Positions 1 to 10,500 of a stretch of DNA of 64,000 bases are shown here, piece after piece. The DNA comes from Klebsormidium nitens. Lineage: Eukaryota; Plantae; Klebsormidiophyceae. How positions within the stretch are numbered: position 1 is the first letter of the stretch; every line of letters begins with the position of its first letter. Made by a program: the position numbers and the translations under genes. The notes under the pieces were generated by a model. It was not told the DNA's origin and ran no database searches. It worked only from the letters and a program-made list of their open reading frames with translations. The DNA is taken from the NCBI GenBank assembly GCA_000708835.1, contig DF236965.1:248001-312000 (forward strand). Direction: 5' to 3'.

Positions 1-143
1 GACGAAAGCGCGAGCTAACCCGACAAAGCCACCTAGCACACCAAGGAGCGGGTGCTTTCGTCCCTATCTTCTGAACGCCTTGGAGCCAGTGCCCACGGGG
101 CCCACTCCTCCTGTCTCACTGAGCAAGTGTACAGCGCGCCTGT

Positions 144-3100
144 CTAGCTTATCCGTCGTTCTAGGACGTCTAGCGCGGCCCGGTAGACACGCTCCAAGCC
201 CCCCGTCCCCCCCAGCGTGGTAAACACCCGCGCCAGCGCCTGGAGCTCCTCCATGCTCCCCTTGTCAAACAAGCTCCGCAATAGCCGCTCGTCTCTACCG
301 AGCCCCACAGCCGCCCCCGCATCCCCCCCGGGCCGGCTGGTGACCTCGTTCAACCCCTGCCGGCGGAGCCAATACTCGCGGCACGTGTGATGGGGGTCTA
401 GCGCCTCCACCAGGCGAATGATGGCCGGGTCTGTCAGGCCAAACATGTCGACACCCGAGACATCGGCGACCGCAAGGGGGAGCGCTTTGTGGACTGCCGC
501 CGGGAAGACGTGGTCCTGGCGTAACTGGCGGAGGCCGTTGTTTACGAGCGCCTGGATCTCCGCCCAGCACTCGTCGGGGCTGGCGCCCACGAACGGCGTC
601 TGCGGGCGGTCCTCCGCAATGACCTGCACACAGAATCTCGTCAATTGACTTGCGCAAATAAATCATGACTTGCGCAAATAAATCATGTAAACTAAACAAA
701 CGGTCTTGTACTCAAACGTCAATCTCCGGACAGCGACTTGTTGACGAAGCGCCTGCGAGTAGGCCCCAAAGTCACCTTTACAACCTCCACGCGGTTCGGG
801 AATCTTGACGACATTCCAGTCACTCTCTCTGTCGAGCTCTGGTAAAAGGGGAGAACGGTGGAAAACTTTGTACTTCAAATTGCACCCAACTCTGCACGAC
901 TAAGCACATTCTGAACAGGGGACCCCTCAACCAAGCGCGGTAAAAGGCAAGAGCCACGTGCCCCAGGTGACTGCGGCTGAAGTCAGGAACTGAAAGGTTG
1001 TGACGACAGTGAACTAACAATCGAAGCAATAGCGCCTCGGTATTCAGGGCGGCTGCAAATCTGGACTGGATCGAAGAGCGTTACAACAGACGTGTACTCA
1101 ACAAGGGTGGAGAAAGGACTCGATTTTTGGGTTGCCTTTACTTGAACATGGATAAACAAACGGGCGGCAAAAGCAGCCAGTGATTCAATTACTCGGTCAT
1201 TCTGAATGCATTCGACGGCTTTTGAAAAGGAAGATGCAACCCAAAAAGTCCCTCGTATGTGGAGCCAGGCCAACAGACTTGCATGCACTACAGGATCCAT
1301 GTGTCCGTTCGAGCCGTCAGCAAACCGGTTGCACTTGAAGATCCGGCGAAGAGAATGGAGGAAAAAGAGCTAAAGTATCCTCCAACGCAGCGTGCAAGAG
1401 ATGCAAGGAGGCTGGATCCTGTGAACCTCAACACAGGGACTACACAGAGACTTTGCTTTTGCTTATAGGAATCTTGATTCGAATCAGGGGCCGCACCTTG
1501 AAAACGGGGAGGGGCTGCACAGTTGCGTCCCAGTGCTCCATAATCTCCTGGAAGAAGAGGCACTTTCGCGTCACATCGCGCGTGCTGTAAAAGCTGACGG
1601 CGCTGCGGTAACCCCCCGGATAGATGCTCCGCTCATCCCACCAACCCGCCCGCGAAACCAGACGCCCTAGGTTTACCAGTTCTACATCCACCGCAACCCG
1701 CCCGCTGCTCACGGTACGCCCAACATCTCCGGGGGGGTTGCGCGGGGGGTCTAGTGGCCGCGCTACCGCCCCCCCATTGGGGGTGGATTGGTCAAAGATG
1801 GTCCTGCCAAACAGGCGGGGGGGTTCTGGAGACGGGTTTGCAGGCGGCCGGTACGGGTCAGGGAAGGAGGTCATGGGGCGCACGCTGGGGGGCTCGTCGG
1901 GGGGCGGCCGACCAGGGGGGGGCGGAGTCCTCTTTTGCTTTGCACGCACTTTGCTGCCTGAGCGAGCCTGATCGCCTGCAGTGCAAACGAGACGGATCAA
2001 AAGGGGACCCTGAGAGATGGTTGAAGCAGACGCGGTCTGCTCTCTTTGTCGTCCTCGCTGATACAAGAAACATGCAGGGTGTGAAGGTGACCTCGATACA
2101 GCGAAAAGATCAAGACAGGGAGGGTGGCAGATGATCAGCAGAAGACAAGGCAGGCTGTGCATCTCGGCAGAGTCCTGAAAGTACCGTAACACCTGGCATC
2201 TTCAAAGCCCTTGCAAGCCCCTCATCAAGCACCAGGGCTGCGACGGTGGTTGCAAGCATGAAACTCCTCAGGCCGAAACTGAATAACAGAGGCTCCTCTA
2301 CTTGTTACAACCAGCTAAGATGAGCCGGAGGATATTACCCTCTTAGGACAACAACAAACTAACTGGGGTTGGCACGTCAGTTAAACGCCTAACATTCCAT
2401 TTGCGGTGGCTGCTGCAGATGTGGGACGACTGCACGAGCTCAACTCTCCAGTGCACCCCCCCATTGATTGGACAATAAGTACCCTCGTTCCATTATGCTC
2501 ACCAGTAAGCGTGTCCCCCTTGCCAAGCGCGCCCTCCTCAAAGTTGCTCTGCCGGCGCCCGAGGCCGTTGTCCTCCAATATCTTCCCCAGCGGGATGCGC
2601 GCCCCGCCCTGCGCCTCGGGCATGATTGCGCGGATGCTCGTGCGCCACTTCTTGCTGCGGCTGCCCGCGTGCAGCTCAAACTCGTTGGGGCTCATCTCGG
2701 GCCGCTCGCCAGGTGGCAGCGCGCCGCATGTTGCGCAGTGGCACCGGAAAACGCACCGGTTGTGCACCAACAGCATTTCTGCTTGCATCTGGGGGGAAGA
2801 ACATCCGGGCCCTCACTCAGCATTCATACTAATGCAGCACTTGAGAAGCGCCTGCTGAGGGATTTGCGCCGATTGAAACAAGAGGGAAAGTAGCCAATCG
2901 GAGCAGCCATGATTAAACCTCGACTAGCAGTCACAGACTTCACATCAAGACCCGCAATTCTGGGCGCTGCAGAGCACCACGCTGCTTAAAGCACAGCTCT
3001 CTGATGAGCAGCAAGCAAACTGGGGCTGAAGCAAAGGTGGGGCTGAAAGGGCTGCATTTGGTCCCATTTGTGCAAGACAAGACAATTGAAGGCCCCCAGA

Positions 3101-4666
3101 GCTATGGGAAGGAACTGGAGAATTGCAACGCCGAAGTGGACCTCTAACATGAGTCTCCGCCGTGCTAGAAACCTGCTCGTTGTTGGGACTAAATGCACAG
3201 GTACGGCCTGCGCTTTTTCTGACCTTGCAAGTGAGCTCCCCGGTCGATTGTTTCTATACCCCAAAGCTTGCCGGGCAAATTGAGCAGAAGCGATAGGACT
3301 TGATGCAACATTCCGTTAGCTCCTATCAAACGTCAGTGTCAAATAAGATACAGCGGAAGCTCACCCCATTACACTCCACGTTCCACTTTTTCTGCACCTC
3401 CGCCTTGTCCTTTGCATCCCCAGGCGCCTCCTCACCCTTCGCCCCTTCCCCCTTTGCTTCTTCCTCCCCTCTCTCGTTAGCATCCTGCTCCATGGGGTCC
3501 GCCGATTCAGCGCCTCCACTCCCCTCCTTCTCTCCCCCGCCCTCTGCATTCTGGGAGAGGGACTCCTTGTCAGGGGGGTCGTCTTGCCCACTAGAGTTGG
3601 CCTCGGGCGCCCCCCCTCGCAACCTGCCGACCCGCTCATCACTGGCGGCCATGATGCATCCACCCCAAAGAAGTGCGTCTCCGCAAGCCCGCTGCTCGAC
3701 GGGGCCAACGAGCAAGTCTCCGCTCGAATCCTGGCCACCACAGGCCTGCTGCTTTGCAAGCATCAGACAGCCTTTCTCCTAGTGCTGGCGCCTGAGTGGT
3801 CTCTATGAGGTGCGAGTACCTGAGCCAAACACCACGGGTGTACTGTAAGGACCGATTAGGAATGGCTGACTCTTGGGTGCCATGTACCAGGCTGTCAAAA
3901 AGAAGCTCAGCAGGAAACAGCAACTGCTTCCTGGGATCATAATTGAGCAGCAGATCAATGGGTATCTGCTATCATTGTATCAATCATGCAGGAGCACCAG
4001 AGGAGCAGATTACGGGGTAAAAGCGGAGGCGATCCGTGGACTGATCCCTGTCATACAAACCACTCCAGAAGCAAAATCTGGCGTTACGAGCATCCGATGC
4101 CCTTGCGTGTGCAAGTATCAGCCAACCTTGGGGCCCAGACATTATGGAGATTGAATCCAATACATGTACCCCCCATTGATGCTCTAAGCAACACATGTTT
4201 GAGGAATTGCTCATTATGAACCATATAGGAGCTGGAAATTGTTCTGGCAACGAAACCTTGCAACTGGACTGAGATAGGGCTTGGAACAGAACCCTTTTCC
4301 ATTTGCTGCAAGGATGTTGACACACAGGTGATTGCCTGGACTTGTCAAAGAAAGAAAGCCCGGCAACTCTGGCAAGAAAGCTGCACCCTGAGCAACCTAC
4401 CTTCTGAGGACGAAGAAGCGCTCTCCTGCTGCCAGCAACTGCTCCTACCTAGTCTGTTTAATAGTGTCATCTGACAGCTCCTTCCGTCTTTCTTGCCAGC
4501 TCCTCCCATGCTCAGCTTCCTTGGCAAGGCGACGCCATGCAGCTTCAAGTTCAACTTCTGATTCCGAGTGCGTACGGTAATATTTCCGTTCGACCCAGAA
4601 GCCAGCTGGGTCAGGTTGCAGGTCAGGCCAGGCCAGGTCAGCCTCGAGAATTTGCATCTTCGACAT
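144..4666 (-). CDS. Multi-exon SAND + FYRN + FYRC domain chromatin-associated protein; 5' exons uncertain
   Basis: Phase-consistent exons: 3365-3745, 2503-2788 (VECNG|MQAEM..FRCHC..MSPNEFELHAGSRSKKWRTSIR, SAND-like), 2193-2237, 1497-1975 (LVNLGRLV..GWWDERSIYPGGYRSAVSFYS, FYRN-like) and 144-623 (FVGASPDECWAEI..SGVDMFGLTDPAIIRLVEAL, FYRC-like; stop at 144-146). The putative first exon is 4449-4666; exons between 3745 and 4449 are unresolved. Confidence 0.75.
646..687. repeat. Perfect 20-bp tandem duplication (TGACTTGCGCAAATAAATCA x2) near a 3' splice site
   Basis: Copies at 646-665 and 666-685, about 20 nt into the intron from the acceptor at 624. Confidence 0.95.
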
Positions 4667-4792
4667 TCTAAAAAGCTTATATTTCAGACTATATACCAGA
4701 CGTAGTCCATCGTCGAAGACGGTGTTTTCAACGGGGCGGAATGGGCGAGCTGAAACCGTTCCATGCAAGCGTTGCATAGGGCCTTGGACCAT

Positions 4793-6240
4793 GGTACGGT
4801 ACGCAGGTACGTGCGGGTACACTGTGCACATGGTTTATGGTACCGTGTACCTACCTAGTTCCGGTACCTACAGGCTACAAGTTACAACCTATACGCCAAG
4901 GTATCTTCGAGCGGGACTCTAACGATGCAGGTACGGTATCGTGCGCCTGAAGGTACCGTTCGAGCCGCTGCGCAGTGCCGCAGCATTACCGGTAACTCTT
5001 GTGTGACCTAACGGGCGTGTGACCTAAGATACGTGTTACCCGGGCACTTAAACTAAAAAACCTAACGCAAATAATCACCCGCTCCGCACCCCAACCCACC
5101 CTAACCACCTTACCAACCCCACCCGTCCCCCGGGTGCCTATCTTAGGTCACACGGCTCTTAGGTCACACGAGAGTGATCGGAGTGGTGCCTGCATGGAAG
5201 TTGAAGGCACTCTGCAGTGGGACTCACTGCTGCTCAAGAGTACCGTACAATTGACGGTACCTACCAGCGTTTCCCGTATTCAACGGTATTGTCAACTCAG
5301 AACTGGTCGTGCGAAGATCTTCCGTGCATGGCTTTCAATCAATCATCTGTCGTCGGCAGTGGGCACTCAGAACTCAGGCCGATTCGAGAGGACTCGGGAT
5401 TCGGGCGGATCCGAGTCGTCGTCATTGATGACTCGCGTCTCGAAGTTCGGTACGTACCAATGCACAAGCTGGCATGCTAGTTTAAGTGGTCCGTTCTCAG
5501 GCGGTAGCTACCTGCCCTGGGGACGCCGTACCGTACAAAAAGGTACTACTCCCTGCCTAGAAGTTAGAACCTGGGTAGTAGGTACGGTACCTACCGCGGC
5601 TACCGATATTTGACTTGAACTTGGGAAAACTCTACGTAGGTACGTGGCCGGTACGGTACCTACGGCGGCCTGGAGGCTGGTGCCAAATTGCCAATGTCCA
5701 AAGGCAGATACCGTCGGCCCTCGCGCCCGCAAGTGGGGTCGGGAATCGGGCCGGTTCCAGGAGAACAGTGGTTCCACGTGTACCGGTCGGCGGTAGGTTT
5801 TGATTTAGGTAGGTAAATACGGTACATTGAGGCTTGCGTACCTACTGTAGAGCTTACCGTATCGTCGGTAGGTACCGATCCAGTCCTGGGTACGTCCACG
5901 TGAGCTTCCCGTGAGCTTGGAGGCATATGTCTCAAAAGGTAGGCGCTCGAGAGGACGGAGGGTTAGTCTGGTGGTTTAAGGATAGGCTCAGTTCGAAGCG
6001 CGTGACATTGTTTGGTCAACGTTTAACTACCTAGGTTAGTCACGTAGATACTATAGCACCGGGCGGCCGAGGGCCGTCACGGTCGGCTGACTCAAGAGAC
6101 GGCGGCCGCCGGCGGCACCTATTGCAGGCACCAACCTAATACTACAGTACCGAGGTACCTACTACCGGTACCAACCTTGTTCAGCCAGTACATACTATGT
6201 ACAGCGGCCTTCGAGGGACAGGTTTGATGCATGTACGAGG
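4793..6240. other. GTAC / GTAGGTAC-rich intergenic island upstream of the SAND-FYR gene
   Basis: About 30 GTAC by manual count. Ten exact GTAGGTAC/GTACCTAC copies at 4847, 4864, 5257, 5578, 5587, 5636, 5656, 5838, 5868 and 6155. Confidence 0.85.
4995..5175. repeat. 181-bp element with 37-bp imperfect terminal inverted repeats (MITE-like or cruciform)
   Basis: Arms at 4995-5031 and 5139-5175; each arm contains GTGTGACCTAA twice. The spacer is C/A-rich. No clear target-site duplication. Confidence 0.8.
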
Positions 6241-7515
6241 GTGCGCTCATGCAGCACAATCCGCACGAGACTACTACCTACCTATGTAGTATGCTGACGT
6301 GAGGAGGGGACAAGTTTCGTGAGAGTCGAAACTTGTCACTTCGAGCCTGTATGCAATGTGCATGATGGCTCACGTGTGATACGTAGTCTGACGTCGTGAC
6401 GAACATTGAACATTGGATTCTATACATACTGAAAAGTAGGATGGGCTGAGGAGGGTCAAGCTTCTTTGTACAGATGAGGATCAACTATATAACACTCTTT
6501 ACGAAAGTACTTGATAATACTCCCACCTGCAATACTGCAACTTTAACTAGCATGTTTGGTTTATTTTGACCAACTTAGAACCACTAGCTTCTGCGCTTCA
6601 GCATGCAAGCTATCGGCCATATTGATCAAAAACATGCTCAGATTGGCCATCAGCTTTCAACCGCCCATGATGATGATTAGCTCCATCTAATCAAAAGCAT
6701 GGCGCAAATCGACATATCACACCCATGCATGTAGTGATCTGTACATTCTCTTGGTAGTACGGAGTCCAAGCTCCATAACTGGCGGACTGAAGCAATGAAT
6801 TGCACGGTCACCACAACATAAGTGGGCATGGTTGCTCAAGCCGCCATGTTTCTCAGATCCAAGGAAAGTTTTGTCGAACTTTACTACGAATAGTGAAAGG
6901 ACAACGTCATGTGAAAGTCGAACATGACATGATGCTATCAAACTGACTTCTCTCTGCACTTGTGATACAAAGTCGAACGTGCAATAGATTTTCCAGTTGA
7001 ATGAATCTGCGAAGAACTCATATGCATGCCTGGTGATAAGACTCTAGTCTTGATTGACAACGGGCAAAGGTCAATCCTTACCTGAAGAAGCACATACAAG
7101 CAATGAAAGGACCAACATTGGACGTCTTAGCTTCGATAGTCTACACCGACATGGACCTAGCCTAGCCAGCAACAATGATCTCAAGATTCAGCCCCTGGTC
7201 AAAACAATCAGAATGCGTCTTTCTGACGTTTCTATTTCACCTCTGGGCTACCAGAAACAGTCTATCGATTCTTTGACGGTCTGAAGCATGATCATGCTTG
7301 GCCGTCCCCGTTCTATTCCAGTCTTTACACTCGTCAGCAGCGCACCCAAACTTCAAACCACCGCCATACACCGACTGCAAAGCCAGCACCCGCTCTGAAC
7401 CTGCTGTATGTACCAACCTCGAGCATAATACCGTGACACCCTCTACTTTATACGCCAATATACAAGCACTCTCAGACAGAAAGGTTTTTTGGATCTTCTC
7501 AAGACCTGCTCAGGC

Positions 7516-10500
7516 TCAGTAACTGGGTATGGTGAAGTTCCGGCCCAGCAGCCCCTTGACATTGTGCACCCAGTCCTTCATGGCCAGAAACTCAAACACG
7601 TGCAGGCCGTCCCGGCCGCGCAGCTTCTCCTGCAGTGACGTCACGTTCTGGAAGAGCCGCGAGTTGTCCTCCGCCAAGCGCGAGTTGTCCTTCACGTAAG
7701 CCGCCAGCCGCATGCTCATCTCCTCCACCTCGTTCACCTTCACGGCACAACGGGTCCTCAAGAAGCTTGAGATTAGGCCGACAGACAGCGGACATGCGAA
7801 CGACACGACCCGGATCCAGAAGTGAACTTACACCTTGAACCTCCACACTCCTGGCGGCCCCGCCGGCCCGTCTTCCGCCTGACACGTGCTGCCTGGTCGG
7901 CCCTGCACTCTGACTGCTTCAACAACGTTAGTCTCAGGTTAGTATCGCTAGACCTAGGACGCGGACCGACCTGGACTGACTTGGACGACCGGTTATTTGG
8001 ACGACCGCTTACACGCACTTATGACGCGATAAACTCACCTTCTGCTCCATAGCTTGCCGGAGCTGCTTGTGCTCCAGCGTCGTGTCCGCGAGCATCTGGG
8101 ACAGCTTGCCGTTCTGCAGCATCTGCTCGTTCAGGGCCTGGCGGAGCGACACCGCCGTCGCCTCGGAGAAGGTCAGATCCTTGCAGCAGGAACCCACCCT
8201 GGGGATACGAAAACAGCCCCATCAGCAATATAAGCGGTTCTTTCTGAAAGTTAGAGGCGAGCAATCTTTCCAAACAGTACCGAAGCTGTTGAGCGTGGTA
8301 GTCTTGAGGGTGGTAGGAGCCGAACCGACGGCGCCAAGGTACAGGCCACGTCAGCAGTTGTCGAGGGGCCCAGAACGCGGTTTCTCAAGAGCAATTTTCG
8401 CGTTCTAAGATAGGAGATAGCTGAGAAGAGAATTCCGAAGCTCTTACCGACGGTCCAGGAAAGAGGCACCACAAGCTGGCAAGGCAGTAAGAAGGCGCCT
8501 AAAACTCGTCGGAAGCTCGGACTTTAAACTTGTTGGCATCTTTGAAACTCCCAACTTTTGAAGGTGACAACTGAGTCAAAAGAATCAGACGTTGGAGCTC
8601 CATTTAACCTCTATAGAGCTGTGAGTCGCCGAGAGTCAGAACCAGAGGCGGCAGGAGCAAGAGAGTGGCGGTTCGCCAGCACATCGATCGAAGCACGAAC
8701 CCAGTGTTTACGACGAGCGTCCGACCGGTCGTTCCTGGCCTCACCTGACCGGGGAGATGATCGACAGGAAGTTGAGCGCCAGCAGCAGCAGCAGCGCCGC
8801 CCCGAGGGCCAGCTTCGTGTGGTCGTCCTTCCTCCCGCGGGGGCGGCGCGTCTCTCCAGCGGCCGCCACGTCACCTGCCACGTCATCATCGGCGACCCCC
8901 TTGGTCTCCCGCGCAGCCCCTGAGACGCCGGCGGCATTCGCCAGGCTGCTCACTGCCGCCCGGGAGTTGGCCACCAGGGTGGTGCCCGCGGCTGAGAGGC
9001 GCTCGGTGATGGGTGCCTCCGGGCTGTGCTCGAGGCTGCGCACGAAGTCGGTGAAGTACTGCGACTTGAACTTGCGCAGGCGGGTCACGTTCTCCTCGAG
9101 CACCATGCTGCGGAGGAGGGAGCGGTCGCCCTTGGGGTGGCGGTGGAACGCGATGCGCTCGCTGTGGGCCGAGGCCTGCCGCTTCACCTTGACCTTGAGA
9201 GGGAAAAGGCGCACGATCAATTTCTGATTAGGGAAAGCGTGGTGCTGACGAGAAGCTGAAAGGGGCCGCATAAAACCGTTCAATGGGTCCATTTCGATAC
9301 GCAGAAGTGGACCCGCAAGGCTCAATAAAGGGGAGGCCGCGTGAACGAACTCTAGAAAAAGAAATACTTTACAGCTGGGCGAATTGCTTTTTCAAGGAGG
9401 GATGCAGTCCTGCCACGGAACTCAGCGCTCGTGGGCAGATAACATGAGTCGAACTGCGACGAGATGATGCTTCCTGAAACAGAAAGCTGATTTCATGCTA
9501 TTACCTCCTGTGTTTGCACCTTCCTTCCTATTGAGACGGGTAACGAAAGAATTATAACAAAGGCCCTGCAGGTCCTTACCTGGCGTTTGGCGCTGATCGC
9601 TCCATCATCGTCGCTGGACACGACCGAGAAGGCCTTCTCGAGCTCCTTCGTAAGCGCCGGAAAGGAGAAGGTGGTGATGCCCTTGTCCTCAAGATCCAGG
9701 GTCACGTGCTGCCGAAACTCCTGCTCCTCGGCCTCGCTCATCGAGTCGCCCTGACAAGACGGAAAAGATGCCGTGTAAGGCCACCTAAAATCTAAATTTT
9801 TCGACACGATGGACGAAACAAAAACTGCATTTGCGACTTCGCCCTTCCATGAAAGAAAGCCAAGTCCCTCAAAAAGGAAAAACACGTTCAGAACTCGTCG
9901 AAGGTTCACTTGCTCGGATAAGTGGACGGGAGGCCCGGGCGGAGGGGTGTAATGAACCACTTGGAAACGCGTTTGACGGTCTCGTGGTCATTATAAGCTT
10001 GAGTACATCAAAGTACGTCAGAAGCGGACGTTCGAAGCTCAGGAAGGACTGCAAATCTCTATGCATCCGTCAATCTTGCGTAAGACATATACCGAAAACT
10101 TCGGGAAAGGTCATTCGGCTCCATGCAGGGAAAAGATTGTCAAGAGAGGTAATTGACACCACGTCTGTTGCAAAATTCCATAAATCGAGGTCTGTGGTCC
10201 TAACCCTCACGACCGCTCTCCCGTATGAGCAAGCAGAGCCTTCAAAGCAACGTTTGTCAAGCAAAATTTACTGCCAACAACTCAGAAACCTGCCACAGTA
10301 CAGGCCAAATAGTACGAGAAGCGTGCCTGGCTAACCTTTGCAATGACTGGAACCAGCGGCGCCACCTTCCCGATTGCTGCCATGATCTCCAGGTCCACAG
10401 GCTTGATGGCGTGAGGGTTGACAAAGTACAGGACGCAGGAAACACGCTCGTCCTCGGGGCTCTCGCGCATGTAGGTCGTCCACTTCATGTAGAAGATACG

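Noticed and set aside
5134-5935. ORFs of 62-159 aa in the GTAC island
   Set aside because: They are by-products of the repetitive motif (VGT/YLP-rich), with no splice logic or family motifs.
6101-6125. Helitron 3' end (GC hairpin plus CTRR)
   Set aside because: The hairpin is followed by CTAT rather than a correctly spaced CTRR, and no 5' TC end or Rep/helicase was found.
6717-7458. Minus-strand ORFs 6717-6959 (faint LRAT-like HxxLxxGD) and 7237-7458
   Set aside because: Too short and weak, with no catalytic Cys motif or supporting exon structure; likely the 3' region of the septin gene.
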